64,000 nt of DNA from NCBI RefSeq assembly GCF_963921235.1, contig NC_086101.1, positions 9,798,001 through 9,862,000 of the forward strand, in the 5' to 3' direction. Both the position numbers and the translations under genes were made by a program. Source of the stretch: Mobula hypostoma. Lineage: Eukaryota. The notes beneath the pieces were generated by a model that did no database searches, was not told the origin of the DNA, and saw nothing but the letters and a program-made list of their open reading frames with translations. Shown here in pieces: positions 12,603 to 27,401 of this stretch. The stretch's first letter is position 1; each line of letters opens with the position of its first letter.

Positions 12603-13650
12603 AAGACATAGAAACATAGAAAAACATACAGCACAATAAAGGCCCTTCGGCCCACAAAGCTGTGTGAACATGTCCTTACCATTGAACTACCTGGGCTTTA
12701 TCCATAGCCCTCTATTTTACTGAGCTCCATGTAGCCATCCAGGAGTCTCTTAAAAGACCCTATCATTTCCGCCTCCACCACCGTCGCCGGCAGCCCATTC
12801 CACGCACTCACCACTCTCTGCGTAAAAAACTTACCCCTGACATCTCCTCTGCACCTACTTCCAAGCACCTTAAAACTATGCCCTCTTGTGCCAACCATTT
12901 CAGCCCTGGGGAAAAGTCTCTGACTATCCACACAATCAATGCCTCCCATCATCTTGTACACCTCTATCAGGTCACCTCTCATCATCCGTCACTCCAAGGA
13001 GAAAAGGCCGAGTTCACTCAACCTATTCTCATAAGGCATGCTCCCCAAACCAGGCAACATCCCTGTGGATCTTCTCTGCACCCTTTCTATGGTTTCCACG
13101 TCCTTCCGATAGTGAGGTGACCAGAACTGAGCTCAGTACTCCAAATGGAGTCTGACCAGGGTCCTATATAGCTCACGATTGATGAAGGCCAATGCACTGT
13201 ATGCCTTCTTAACCATAGACATTGGAGCAGAATTAAGCCATTCAGCCCATCTGGTCTGCTCTACTATTCGATCATTGCTGACCCATTTCCCTCTCAACCT
13301 CATTCTCCTGCCTTCTCCCTATAGGCTTTGGTGCCTGACTTATCAAGAATCAATCAACCTCTGCTTTAAATACACTCAATGACCTGGCCTCAACGGCTGC
13401 CTGTGACAATGAAATCCACAGATTCATCACACTCTTGGCTAAAGAAATTCTTCCTCATCTCCGTTCTAAATGGACGTCCAACTATAACTAAAGGTTGTGC
13501 CCTTTAGTTTTCAACTCTCCCATTATATGAAACATCCTCTGCACATCTACTCTATTTAGGCCATTCAACATTTGATAGGTTTCAATGAGATCCCTGTCTT
13601 TCTTCTAAATTTCAGTGCTTACAGGCATGGAGCCATCAAACACTCCTCTC
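12603..13650 (-). mobile_element. Nested CR1 3' fragments of two subfamilies, inside a plus-strand Rex1/Babar fragment (12260-12600, resuming ~13650)
   Basis: MMRGDLIEVYKMMGG..KFFTQRVVSAWN; tail reverse complement acatagaaacatagaaa at ~12606-12625; second tail at ~13213. Confidence 0.85.
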
Positions 13651-13746
13651 CTCTCCTTCTCTTATCAGAAGCCTGAAAGCGCAAACCAACAGCTTCGATC
13701 CCACTGTTATCAGACTCTTGACCTCTTCATTGGTTCGATGGTTTCA

Positions 13747-14505
13747 GTTAATATCAGAGAATGTATACAATATACAACCTGAAATTCTTACTCTTCACAG
13801 GCATCCTCAAAACATAAAAAGCCCAAAGATTGAATCACAGAAAAAAGTAAGAACCTAAAAGTCCCTCCCTCTCCCACACACAAGTAGCATTGACTCTCCA
13901 CCCTCCCCTCCCCACACTCAAGCATAAAGCATCGGTATATCCACCTCCCACCATGCGAGCAATAACAAAGCCCCAAAGACAGACCATGGTCCACAGTACA
14001 GTACGTCAAAAACTAATTGTTCACTCCAGCATTTCCACATCCCTCTGTCTCTCTCAATAACAAGGGAGAGACAGATATCACTCCTTCCACAGTGAGAGTG
14101 GGGACAAACAGTCGCTGTTTCAATGTTACAGTCATGTCAGCCTGACGCGCTGCTTTATATTACAAGTTCCCCGACTGAAGAACTGGTGGCAAACTCTCAC
14201 TCACCATTGAAAGACAGATCCTGAGTGCAGACGCTTCCGACAGCCGCTCTCACTGCCTTCGACGTTCTGGCTCCCACGACGCTTCAGTTCTCGACACCAG
14301 CAAAAATTCGTGTCCACGGGGCTATGCAAGTCCGCACCCCGAAGGCACCTGAGTCCAGGCCGAACCTGGATATATCGAAAACACGGCTGATCAGCGAGCT
14401 CCAGGAGCAGGAACATACCGCCATGCAGAACCAGGGTTTTGTGTACTGCTGTTGACCAAAGACCCCAACAGGACCCCAGCCACCCTGAAAAGGAAAATAG
14501 AGATG
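13747..14505 (-). mobile_element. Non-coding LINE-derived or non-autonomous element with CpG-rich 5' part, inserted in a Rex1/Babar 3' UTR
   Basis: The host continues on both sides (ttatcagactcttgacctct ... gataagatgga..ggcctcacaaactacc); minus-strand end resembles LINE tails (..ctgatattaactgaaaccatcgaaccaatg). Confidence 0.5.
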
Positions 14506-15369
14506 TCTTATCTGATAAGATGGAGACGGCCTCACAAACTACCTTGTTATAATATTGTGCCGTATCATTTACATGGACTGCACATTTTCAGCAGTTTTTA
14601 CACTTTATTATTGATTGTTATTAGAAACATAGAAAACCTACAGCACAATACAGGCCCTTCAGCCCACAAAGCTGTGCTGGACCTTAGAACTACCTAGGCT
14701 TACCCATAGCCCTCTATTTTTCTCAGCTCCATGTAGCTATCCAGGAGTCTCTTAAAAGATCCTATCGTTGCTATTATTGTTTAATCTTGTTCCACATCAG
14801 TGCACTGTGTAATAGTTTGATCTGTATGAACAGTTTGTAAGACAAGCTAGCTGGTACATGTGACAATAATAAACCAATACCAATCCCAAGTGTTGGAGAC
14901 AGCATACAGCACAATTACCCTCATTGGTCAGGGGAGTAAATACAAGACTTCACCTGTCATGTTACACCTGGATGAGACACTGGTGAGTCTTGTGTGCGGT
15001 GCTAGTCACCCAGCTATAGGTAGCGTGTTCGTAAGCTCAGGAGAGTGATGGAAAGTTTCACCCGGCATGTTACCAGAACTGGAGCTTCAGGTTATTAGGA
15101 GAGGGTGGATAGGCTGGGTTTCTCCCCTGTGTGGATAGAGGGTGACCTTGTCGAGGTATGTAATGTCATGAGGGACATGGTCATGCTCTTTTTCCCAGGG
15201 GAGGAGAGCCCCAGAGCTACAGGGCTCAGGTTTAAGGTAAGAAGGAAAGATTTAAAGGAGGCCTGAGGAAGAACTTTGTGGTACGCCAGGTGGTGGGTTA
15301 ATGAAACGAGCTGCCAGAGGAAGCAGTGGAACCAATTTTCTGCCCTGGGAAAACGTCTCTGGCTGGTGC

Positions 15370-15925
15370 ACTTATTGTGCAAAAGAAAAACAATAACGTG
15401 GTAGTGTTAAAAACAACAAATTCATGACATTTGTCAGTGATAATTAATCATTTCTGATTCTGATTCATGGGTTCATAATCTATTCATAAAAGTGATGGCA
15501 GAGAGGACGGTGAGTGTTGTTTGCTCCTTTATCTCCCGCGCCCCCCCCCCACCCGCAACTCCTACTGGAGTCAGTAATGAGGAGAGGACAACCCTGGATG
15601 GTGAAGATCCCAGGGATGCTGCCACCTTGAGGCTCTGCCTTTTGGAGATGTATTGGATGGGGGGGCAGGTTGTGCCTGTGGTGGAACTGACTGAGTCTGT
15701 AGTCTCTTGTGATCTTGTGCATTGGAGCCTCCCTACCAGGTGGTGATGCAACCAGTTAGAATCGTCTCTGAAAGACAAATGTAGGAGTTTACCAGAGTCT
15801 TTGGTGACATAACAAATCTCCTCAAACTCTAAACAAAGTAGAGTTTCTGGCATGCATCCTTTGTGATTGCATCCGTATGTTGGGCCCAGGGTGGATCTTC
15901 CGAGACATTGATGCCCAGGAACGTG
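15370..15925 (-). mobile_element. Decayed Rex1/Babar-type LINE fragment
   Basis: Reverse complement homologous to the RLYFIRSLRRFG..LTGCIT region seen at 8384-8560 and 52750-52900. Confidence 0.65.
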
Positions 15926-18338
15926 TCACATGTACCGAGGAGCAGTGAAAAACATTTGCTTGCCATCCATATCGTAGATCATTTCTTTAAAAGACAGCAT
16001 TCAGGTAGCACGTGGGAAAAACAATTACTGAATGCAGAAAACAATGTTACAGTTGTTCCAGCACATGCTCTTCATACTGTCCCAGCCTAACGCCCAGCAC
16101 AGTTACATCTTGGGTAAGATACAGAGTAAATCTACCTCTGTACCATCCTCGGGCAGAGACAGCACAGATTAGATGGCAGAAAGTCCCCTGTAAACATCTC
16201 ATTATATCCTCCCAGGACAAATAACACGTAGGTCAGAAACAGTGGAACACTTCCCCTGCACTGCTCCATCAAAGAGTCCCAGAGGAGGGACAACACAGAT
16301 GAGAGACAGAACAAACATAAGAACATAAGAGATGGGAGCAGCAATCAGCCATCTAGCCCGTTGAGTCATTCAATATGTTCATTGCTGATGTGGCCATGAC
16401 CACAGGACCATAAGGTATAGGAGAAAAATTAGGACATTCTGCCATCAAATCTGTTCCGCCAGTCGATCATGATTGACTTATTATCCATCTCAACCCCATT
16501 CTCATGCCTTATCAGCTTACCCTTCGGTACCCCAGGTAATCACGAACCTATCAATCTTCACTTTGAATATATCGAATGTCATGGCCCCCACAGCTGTCTG
16601 TGGCAATGAATTCCACAGATTCACCACCTTAATAAATTCCTCCTCATCTCTGTTTTAAAGGGACATCCCTCTATTCTGAGACTGTGCCCTCTGGTCCTCG
16701 ACTCACTCACTACTTCGCTCCACCTACCTGTCATTTCCCATAATCCTTAATTCCCTGCACTGCAAAAAACTTCAGTAGTATTTACTTGACAAAGTTACCT
16801 CTTACACAGTCCAAGGGCAAATATTGCACAGGTTGGGCATGAGGTAAAACTCATTCTACCACTCTCGGGACAGTGAGCTCAGGGTTAGATACAACTGAAC
16901 CTGCTTGACACTGTCCTATTGAAACACCATGGATGGTGTACGTGACCTAATGTGCTCTGTGCGTTTGGACATCACCCAGAATTGTTTTGTTCATAGTTCT
17001 GCTGTTTGAACTCTCAGTCGCAGATGAACTTCAGGGAAATGATGAAAGGGAGAGTTGTGCAGGAGGAAATTTTGCAAGACATATTGTGTGTAGACCGTGC
17101 CCTTTGTTGTGGGACCACATTCTCTACTTCCTACCTAACCCCTACCTAATTCGATGAAGTTATTGTAAATTGTTAAGGATGTGGTTTGTACATGTAGAAG
17201 GAGAACATGTTTGTCTGCTGTTAGACAGATAGTCTGCGGCTGGGTCTGATTCTATGAGGTCCTGGTACTCCTCACCCTGAAGCCTCAGGTGATCCTGGTG
17301 TGGTGTCAGGGTGTGAGGAGAGGGGGGAGAGTGGGGATTTCCCAGTCCAGGGGGTGCAGCACCTTCATGATCTTTGCAGAGAAACACAGCCAGAGAGTCT
17401 GGAAACTGTTTCCGAACGTGTCTGTGACACGTCTGAGGCTTGTTATGAAGTTCACCTCCCTGACTTCACCTGTGAAGTGGGAATAAGCGGAGGGCTGGAG
17501 AGAATGCAAGGTGTGAAGTGGAGGGAGAGGGTCTATGTCAGTAGAGGGCGGACAGGAAAGGCAGGAAAGAGAGATTTTCACAAGCCAATGTGTACACTGC
17601 CAGTCTCTAATGCCTTGTGTCAACCATATCACTGTGGCGCGGAGTCACTGACTTACTGCCTGTTACATCACTGGCATTAAGGGCAGCAATGAATGTCCTC
17701 CATCTCTGGCAGTCTTCAGGGCTTCCTTCGTCATGTCAGCAGCTTTCTCCTGGTGTTCACGACTGTCAGTCATGCAAGTCCCAGATAGACACTCAGGAAC
17801 ACCATCACACTCAGATGTAGAAGGATCCTTTATTCCTGTTTTCGTAACAATTTTGTTTTACCAGTCAGAGTTGCTTGCATTGAGCTGAACGTCTGAACCT
17901 GAAGAACTGGTGGACCATTCTTAGTTTGCTCTCTACCCTTTGACCTGTTTGTCATGGTTGACCTTACCAAGAGCCAATTATTAAATAAAATCAAAAGTTT
18001 GTGATTTTTCAGTTTTCATTCTAAATATTTATAGTTTGCACATTATGAAAAAAGCAATTAAAGTGCCGCACGGTTTCAGGCCGTGTAAAAATTTCCTGCT
18101 TAGAGCAATGTCCGTGCAGCTGTAACAAAATGAGAGGGAACGTTGGTTCAGCCAATGCAAATGTTTGCTCTTCTCCACCCTCCCACCAGGCAGAGGATAC
18201 CAAAGCATGAGAGGACATACCACCAGCTGAAGGAGAGCTTCTATCCCAAACATGATTCCCAGATCCCTCTGTTCTGTTACATCCCCAGTGCCCGACTGAT
18301 AACTGTGTAGGTCCAACCTTAGTTAGTCCTCACAAAGT

Positions 18339-19117
18339 TTAAGATGGCGCTACTGAAGATGGGCGGCAACTTACTGATGGTTCATAAAGCAACTAAATAC
18401 TTTATTAACAACACATTTACCGTGGGAAATTGTGGTAAACTATGAAGAGGCAAGCAAAGGTGAAGCTGACTCGAGAGTCAGGGTGTGTGCATGTGATGCA
18501 AAGTTGAAACGAGGTCAAAGCAAGGTCAAGTGGAAGTGATCAGAGTGAAGTCGAGGCATGTTTGAAATGGAGTCAGAGTTAGAGCGGGCATAGTGGAGAA
18601 AAGGCAGAGAGAAGGAGTTTTGGAGCCCATTCCCAAAACCGAGAGTGAGGTTGGATCAATGTAAGCACTGGGCCAATTTGGAAAGGTCGGGTATGGGTCA
18701 GAACTTGGTGATAGGGTCCAGGCCCGAACGTATCAATGCGGCGGGGCCTGGGTCCTAGAGTTGGGACAATTTAAATAACAGGCCAAATGGACTGAATAGG
18801 CAGGGCATGGGGACCGGAGGCGAGGGTCGGACCAGTTCAGCTCACTGCTCTGCAGTGTTTACTCCACTCTCCGTGGCACCGACGCTGAGGCTGTGGCTGC
18901 TCCAGGCTTCAGGTCTGTGAACTCACTTTCGTTAAACTTTCATTCTGAAAGCTTTTGCTTGCTTTTATCGTTCACACGATTTGTGTTTCTCTGTCTCTCT
19001 GTTGATCTTCTTTTAATTGGGTTATTTCTGGTTTTCTGTCTGCCTGTAAGCAGACTAATCTCAAGGTTGTTTAATTCATACATACTTTGATCATAAATGT
19101 ACTTTGAACTTTGAACT
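18339..19117 (+). mobile_element. Non-autonomous LINE-like element with AAGATGGCG start and (CTTTGAA)n tail, inserted in a CR1 with a 6-bp TSD
   Basis: aagatggcgc at 18341; ends cataaatgtactttgaactttgaact; TSD caaagt at 18333-18338 and 19118-19123; removing it rejoins the CR1 sequence gtcctcacaaagtgcaacacctcacac. Confidence 0.75.
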
Positions 19118-19879
19118 CAAAGTGCAACACCTCACACTTGTCTTCATCAAATTTCATCTGCCACTTTTCAGCCCAATGCTGGAAATCCAGAGCAAAACGA
19201 AATTTCTGGAGGAACTCAGCAGATCAGGCGGCGTCTCTGGAGGGGAATGAACAGTTGGTGCTTCTGCTGAGATCCTTTATCAGGACTGGAAAGAAAGGGG
19301 GCAAAAAGCCAAAATAAAAAGGTGAGGGGGGTGGTTCAAGGTGACAGGTGAGTCCATGTGAGGGGGAAGGTGGGTGGATGGCAGAGTGGGGTTATGAAAT
19401 AAGCTGGGAGGTGGTGGGGGACGATGTAAAGAGGGCTGAAGAAGAAGGAATCTGATTGGAGAGGAGAGTAGACCAAGGCAGAAGAGAATGAGGAGAAGAA
19501 CCAGAATGTGGAGTGGAAACGGAGAGGTTATTCCCCTCAGGATTTACAAAGTTCCTCCAGCATTTTGTGCGTGTTCACCTCATACAAAGACAGCAAAGGG
19601 TGGGTGATAAACACTGCACATGCCCCAGAATTTCTAAAGGAAAAAAAAAATAAAAATAACAACTCTCGGTGGCTGTTTCAATCACTGATCACTAACTAGA
19701 TCGTAGGGAGATGTGGTGAAATTTCGGTCCATGTTTAACAATAATCCAACAACTGATAAAATCAGGCCATTAACTCGGTTCTGAAACAGGAAGCACAGCA
19801 GATCAGGCAGCATCTGTGGAGAGGGATCCGTTGTTAATGATCAGTTCAGTGACCTTCATTGCAATTTCCTTCCCTTCCT

Positions 19880-20565
19880 GAGACCAAAAGGCATAGGAGC
19901 AAAAAAACGGCCCTTTGGCCCATCAAGTCTGCTCTGCCATTCGAGCATGGCTGATTTATTATCCTGCTCAACCTCATTCTCCTGCCTTCGCCCTGTAACC
20001 TTTGACGCCCTTACTAATCTAGAACCAATCAACCTCCACTTTCAGTATACCCAACAATTTCACATCCACAGCCACTTGTGACAATGAATTCCACAGATAC
20101 GCCACGTTCTAACTAAAGATATTTCTCCTCATCTCGGTTTTAGATGGGCATTTTGAGACTGCATCCTCTGCTGTTATTGGAGACATCCTCCCCACATCCA
20201 CTCTATCTGGACCTTCCAATATTTGATAGGCTTCAATGAGCTTCCTCCCATCATTTCCCTAAACTCCAGCATGTACGGACACACAGCCATCAAACGCTCC
20301 ACCAATGTTAACCCTTTCTTTCCCAGGATGACTCTTGTAAACCTCCTCTGGACCCTCTCCAGTGTCAGCACATGCTTTTCTTTGACAAGGGGCCCAAAAG
20401 GAGGTTTTTTTAAAGAGACTCTTAGACAGGTACATGGAGGTTAGAAAAATAGAGGGCTCTGCAGTAGGGAAATTCTAGGTAGTTTCTAGAGTAGGTCACA
20501 TGGTCGGCACATACTGTGGGCCGAAGGGCCTGTAATATGCTGTAGGTTTTCTATGTTCTATGCTC
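19880..20565. mobile_element. Head-to-head CR1 3' fragments (19880-20400 minus; 20400-20565 plus)
   Basis: [16 protein letters not shown] on minus; plus-strand tail ttttctatgttctatg. Confidence 0.8.
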
Positions 20566-21699
20566 TAAAACCTGTTGCTTTTTAAAAATACCTAATCGAG
20601 TATTTGCATCTCTCTGGGGCCTCATGTTCAAGTTTAAGTTTATCATCTTCTGACTGTTCATATAAACAACCAAATGAAACAATGTTCCTCCAGGCCACGG
20701 TGAACCCACAAAACAGATATCACACACACACCACATAAACCAAAATATCACCATAATTAAGTTAATAAATTATAAACCAAAGTGCAGATTGTGCACAGCA
20801 CAAGTAAGCAGTAAACAGTAAATAGCTCACTTTCTCAATGCTGAGAACTTGTTAGTGGCAAGCTATTTATTAGTCTCACAGCCTGAGGGAAGGAACTGTT
20901 CCGCATTCTGGCATTCCTAGCCCTGATGCTCCTGTGTTTCCTTCCTGATACTAGTGGGTCAAAGGGATTGTGGGATGGGCAGTAGGGATCCTCAACAATG
21001 TTTTGGGCCTTTCGTACACAGAGTTTCAGAGTCTCAGAGGGTTGCTCCTGAACTTAGTCACCCCTGTGATGCAGGAAACACAGACACTCATTTCAACACC
21101 GAGAGGTCCCGGAAGCAGGTGCTGAGTACAGTAGTCGGGATGTCACGTTACAGTTGCACAAGATGTCGGTGAGACCGCACTTTGAGTCCTGAGTGCACCT
21201 CTGTTCGTCATGCTGCAGGAAGAGATGTGATTAAGCTGGGGAGGATGCAGAAGAGATTCACGAGGATATTGCTGAGACTGGAGTGGTTGAGGTACAAGAG
21301 ACTGGATAAGTTTACACTGGAGCTAAGGAGGCTGGGGTGAGACCTGACAGAAGTTTAGAAGATTATGAGGCACACTTAGAGTAGATCATCTTTTTCCAAG
21401 GGTGGGAGAGTCCAAAATGAGAGAGGACAGGTTTCAATGAGAGGCGACAGATTTACAGGGGTAGTTTTTCACACAGAGGATGGTGTGTGTATATTAATGG
21501 AGCAGCCAGAGAAAGCGGTAGATGTGGGTACGATTATAACATTTAAGAGATACCTGGACCGATTTAAAGGTCTGGGAGCCTAAAGGTTCAGAGGCTGATG
21601 TGGCAAATACAGGTAAATGCGGTAGTCAGGGATCTTGGTTGGCATCGAGGAGTTTGGCCAAAGGGCCTGTTTCTATGCTGTTTGGTTCAAAGTATCTAT

Positions 21700-22050
21700 A
21701 ATAGTCATAGTCATACTTTATTGATCCTGGGGGAAATTGGTTTTCGTTATAGTTGCCCATAAATAATAAATAGTAATAGAACCATAAATAGTTAAATAGT
21801 AATATGTAAATTATGCCAGTAAATTATGAAATAAATCCAGGGACCAGCCTATTGGCTCAGGGTGTCTGACCCTCCAAGGGAGGAGTTGTAAAGTTTGATG
21901 GCCACAGGCAGGAATGACTTCCTATGACGCTCTGTGCTGCATCTCGGAGGAATGAGTCTCTGGCTGAATGAATTCCTGTGCCCACCCAGGACATTATGTC
22001 ATGGATGGGAGACATTGACCAAGATGGCATGCAACTTGGACAGCATCCTC
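21700..22050 (-). mobile_element. Rex1-type LINE 3' end with (GACTAT)n tail
   Basis: Reverse complement ends aatttcccccaggatcaataaagtatgactatgactat; homologous to the 3' part of the duplicated spacers (45830-46108). Confidence 0.75.
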
Positions 22051-22407
22051 TGCCGTAACCAGCATTTTATGGTGATCTGCTTTCATTAGAGTGAGTGAGG
22101 GTGAGAATCTCTGAGTCTGGAGGGGAACCCCCACCCACATCTCCAAAAAAGTTCAGCCTGAGCAGCAAGGAAGAGATTATATCCCTGATCAATTCACCTG
22201 TCGCACCTCAGGAAGTCCATTCCCCAGTTCTGTTGAGTGGGCCTAGTGAAGGGCTTCTAACCTTGGAGAGGGTGGGGGAAGCAGTGTCTCCACACTAATA
22301 CATAGGGAGTGCAAGCATTCAGCAGAAAAAGCTTGTGTCCCACCTAGAGACTGAAGTTAATGGCTAATGTTCAGATTCATTAGAAATTGGTATTGGTATT
22401 GGTTTAT

Positions 22408-22745
22408 TGGACTGGTGGCACAGAGCTACGCCTCTACCAGAGGAGATGAGAGGTGCTCCTTCCCTCCACTAGCCTGCAGGTCATCCTTAGACAAGGGTAG
22501 CCCCTGCTTAGCCCCTGATCAGGGCCACGTGAAGCCATGGGAGTGGGTGGTGGATGGTTGTATGAGCAGCTGGTGCATATCACAAGACCTGGTTATGCGA
22601 CCAGGGACGCCAGGCAGACCATCTCTGAGCAGAACTGATAATGGCTAGGGTCACTCATTGCCCAGAAGAAGGCGATGGCAAACCACTTGCACAGAAACAT
22701 TTGCCAGGACAATCATAGTCATGGAAAGATCATGATCGCCCATTT
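22408..22745 (+). mobile_element. RTE-derived bipartite non-autonomous element or SINE
   Basis: 3' motif GAAGGCGATGGCAAACCACTT..TGCCAGGACAATC resembles the conserved RTE/BovB-type 3' end. Confidence 0.55.
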
Positions 22746-23575
22746 CATAACCAGAAGATCACAATCTGTGTGGGTTGGTGATAACATGTCCTCCTCACTG
22801 ACAATCAACACTGGTGCACCTCAGGGGTGTGTGCTTAGCCCACTGCTCTACTACCTTTGTACCCATGACTGTGTGGCCAGGCATAGCTCAAATACCATCT
22901 ATAAATTTGCTGATGATACAACCATTGTTGGGAGAATCTCAGATAGAGATGAGAGGGCATACAGAAGTGAAATATGCCAACTAGTGAAATGGTGTCACAG
23001 CAATAACCTTGCACTCAACATCAGGAAGGGGAAAGAGCTGATTGTGGACTTCAGGAAGGGTAATACGAAGGAACACATACCAATCTTCATAGAGGGATCA
23101 GAAGTGGAGAGAGTGAGCAGCTTCAAGTTCCTGGGTGTCAAGATCTCAGAGGATCTAACCTGGTCCCAACATATCGATGCAGCTTTAGAGAAGGAAAGAC
23201 AGCGACTATACTTCATTCAGTTTGAAAAGATTTGGTATGTCAACAAAGACACTCAAAAACCTCTATAGATGTACCACAGATAGCATTCCGACGGGCTGCA
23301 TCACTGTCTGGAATGGGGGGGGGGCGCGGTGCGCAGGACCAAAAGAAACTGCGGAGGGTCATAAATTTAGTTGGTTCCCTCTTAGGTACTAGCGGACGAA
23401 GTACTCAGGACATCTTCCAGGAGCAGTGTCTCAGAAAGGCAGTGTCCATTATTAAGGACCCTCAGCACCCAGGGCATGCCCTTTTCTCACTGTTACCATT
23501 AGGTAGGAGGTACAGAAGCCTGAAGGCTCACACTCAGCGATTCAGGAACAGCTTCTTCCCCTCTGCCATCCAAAC
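22746..23575 (+). mobile_element. Rex1/Babar-type LINE RT fragment
   Basis: NTGAPQGCVLSPLLY..HDC..IYKFADDTTIVG..KELIVDFRK..FKFLGVKISEDLTWSQHID..RQRLYF; HPGHALFSLLPLGRRYRS..FRNSFFPSAI. Confidence 0.9.
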
Positions 23576-26050
23576 ACTCTTCATGTGACAAGCCTCTCAA
23601 TCCCAGAGTCACTGCTGTGAGCCTCCTTTGAACCCTCTCCAGTTTCAGCACATTCTTTCCAAGGGACCCAAAACTGCTCACTATGCTCCAAGCGAGGCCT
23701 CTCTCGTGCTTTATAAAGCCTTATCATTGTATCCTTGCTTTCATATTCTAATCCACTCGAAAGGAATGCTAACATCACATTTGCCTTCCTCACCACTGAC
23801 TCAATTTACAAATTAACCTTCAGGGAATAGAAAACCTACAGCACAATACCAGCCCTTTGACCCACAAAGTTGTGCCAACCATGTCCCGACCTTAGAAACT
23901 ACTAGGCTGACATATAGCCCTCTATTTTTCTAAGCTCCATGTACCTATCCAAAAGTCTCTTAAAAGACCCTATCGTATCCACCTCCACCACCGTTGCTGG
24001 CAGCCCATTCCACGCACTCACCACTCTCTGCATAAAAAACTTACCCCTGACATCTCCTCTGTACCTACTTCCCACCACCTTAAACCTGTGTTCTCTTGTG
24101 GCAACTATTTCAGCCCTGGGAAAAAGCCTCTGACTATCCACACGATCAATACTTCTCATCATCTTATACATCTCTATCAGGTCACCTTTCATCCTCTGTC
24201 ACTCCAAGGAGAAAAGGTCAAGTTCACTCAACCTGCTTTCATAAGCCATGCTCCCCAATCCAGGCAACATCCTTGTAAATCTCCTCTGCACCATTTCTAT
24301 GGCTTCCACATCCTTCCTGTAGTGAGGCGACCAGAACTGAGCACAGTACTCCAAGTGGGGTCTGACCAGGGTCCTATGTAGCTGCAACATTACCTCTCGG
24401 CTCCTAAATTTAATTCCACGATTAATGAAGGCCAATACACTGTATGCCTTCTTAACCACAGCGTCAACTTGCGCAGCTGCTTTGAGCGTCCTATGGACTC
24501 GGACCCCAAGATCCCTCTGATCCTCCACACTGCCAAGAGCCTTACTATAATACTATATTCTGCCATCATATTTGACCTACCAAAATGAACCACTTCACAC
24601 TTATCTGGGTTGAACTCCATCTGCCACTTCTCAGCCCAGTTTTGCATCCTATCATTGTCCCGCTGTAACCTCTGACAGTCCTCCACACTATCCACAACAC
24701 CTCCAACCTTTGTATCATCAGCAAACTTACTAACCCATCCCTACACTTCCTCATCCAGGTCATTTATAAAAATCACGAAGAGTAAGGGTCCCAGAACAGA
24801 TTACTGAGGCACTCTACTGGTCACCGACCACCATGCAGAATATGACCCGTCTACAACCACACTTTGCCTTATGTGGGCAAGTCAGTTCTGGATCCACAAA
24901 ACAATGTCCCCTTGGATGCCATGCCTCCTTACTTTCTGATTAAGCCATTGATGGGGTACTTCTCAAATGCCTTGCTGACATCCATATACACTACATCTAC
25001 TGCTCGTCCATCATCAATGCGATTAGTCACATCCTCATGTGTTTAGTCACATCCTCCATGAGCAAAAAGCGTACAGCAAAGGAAGTGGCTTGAAAACTCC
25101 CAATTCCCTTTGCACCTCAAATTTTTAACTTTATTTCCTTTTATTTCTTCAACCAAAGTGCATGACCATACATTTTCCGACACTATATTCCAGCTGCCAC
25201 TTCTTTGGCCCATTCTCCTAATTTAAGTCCTTTTGTTGCCTCTCTATTTCCTCAAAGCTACCTGCCATCCACCTATCTTTGTATTGTCTGCAAACTTTGC
25301 AACAAAGCCATCAATTCTATCATCTAAGTCAATGACATATAACGTCAAAAGAAGTGGTGCCAACACAGACCCCGTGTGGACAGACCATTAGTCACTGACA
25401 GCCTACCTGAAAAGGTTCACTTTATTTCCTTTCTTTGCCTCCTGCCAATCAGCCGTTGTTTTATCCATGCTAGTATCTTTTCTTCAATAACTTGGACTCT
25501 TGTCGAGCAGCCTCATGTGTGACACCTTATCAAAGGCCTTCTAAGAAATTCAAGTACACAACATCCACTGATTCTGCTTTGTCTATCCTCCTTGTTACTT
25601 CCTCAAAGAATTCCGACAGATTTGTCAAGCAAGATTTTCCATTAAGGAAACAATGTTGACTTTGGCCTATTTTATCATGTGCCTCTCAGTACACTGAAAC
25701 CACATCCTTAGAAAACAACTCCAACATCTTCCTAACCACTGAGGTCAAACTAACTGGTGTATAATTTTCTTTCTTCAGCCTCTCTCCCTTCTTGAAGTGA
25801 CCTTTGCAATTTTCCATTCCTTCAGAACCATGCTAGAATCAATTGGTTCTTCAAAGATCATTACTAATGGCTCCACAATCTCTTCAGCCACTTTTTTCAG
25901 AGCTCTGGGGTGTAGACACTCTTGTCCAGGTGACTTGTCTAACCTTCAGGCCATTCAGCTTCCAATGAAACTTCTCCCAAGAAATGGCAACTTCACACGT
26001 CTGATCTCTGACACTCTCGAACTTCCGGCATATTAGAAGTGTCTTTCACA
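23575..26050 (-). mobile_element. Cluster of nested CR1 fragments (young copy 23827-25050 within or next to older copies)
   Basis: [50 protein letters not shown]; older RT sequence at 25140-26050. Confidence 0.9.
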
Positions 26051-26299
26051 GTCGAAGAGTCGGAGAGCTGCAGAGATTACAGGGGTGGAGGCAGTAAAAG
26101 AGGGTTTCACTTTTCAAGGTCCGAGGGGGGGGAACACCCTGTCAGGTCCCGGGGATTTATCCACTTTAATTGTCCACTTTCTTCAGGGTCAGCTTCTCTC
26201 AAAGAGAATTCATAGTGGAGTAGCAAATCATAAACACAAAGTAGTCTGCAGATGTCAGAAATCCAAAGCAACACACAAAACGAGGCTCCTGGTTTGTCC

Positions 26300-27284
26300 T
26301 GTTTAGTCTTGGAATAGGAAATAACTGAAAATTTTACAAAAGAGGACATTCCTTGTGATGTCTTCTCCCTAATGTAAGTTGAATCCTTCCCTATTACTAT
26401 GTTGGAAGGGGAAACCAGAAAGGCCACCACATTGTCTCAGGTCTACATGGCCACCCAAAAAGCTGGGAGGTGCCATATGTGGGGATTGAAAGTTATGGTA
26501 CCATCCAAGCTGAGAGCTGAAGTGTTGGAGGAGCTACGTACCGGTTATCTAGGCATGGTCAAAATGAAAGCATCATAGCTTTGTTCAGTGGACTGGGATA
26601 GATCTGCAGATGAGCAGCTTGTCATACAGTGTTCTGGATGCCAACACCATAAATCCATAAGCTTTAGCAGCAGAATTAGGCCATTTGGCCACTTGGCCCA
26701 TTGTATCTGCTCCACCATTTTCATCATGGCCAATCCATTTCCCTAGCAGCCCCAATCTCCTACCTTCTCCACATATCCTTTCATGCTCTGAGTAATCAGG
26801 AATCTATCAACCTCTGCCTTAAATATACCCAATAACTTGACATCCAAAGCTGCCTGTGTCAATGAATTCCACAGATTCACCACTTTCTGGCTAAAAATAT
26901 TCTCCTCATCTCTGTTCTAAATGGACATCCTCTTTTCTGAGGCTGTGTCCTCTGGTGTTAGACTCCCCCATCATAGGAAACATCCTCTCCATATCCATTC
27001 TATCAAAGCCTTACAATGTTCGATAGGTTTCAATGAGATCCTCTGCTCCCCAGTTTTTCTGAAAAATGGTCTAGAACAAAGGTATTCAAGGCGGTCAAAA
27101 CAAGTTCCTGCAATCCCAAAGAAAACCCCTACCACCACCACGAAGGAGGCCCCAGAACCTGAGGTTGTTCCACAAATACAAATCTCACTTGCCACGCAGA
27201 GTGACCTCCCTGATCAAGAATGATTTTATCCCACAGGAGCAGGAAACCCTTTAGGCCTGAACCATGCTGTTAATGTCTACATAG

Positions 27285-27335
<51 letters not shown>

Positions 27336-27360
27336 AGACACACACACACACACAGACACA

Positions 27361-27401
<41 letters not shown>
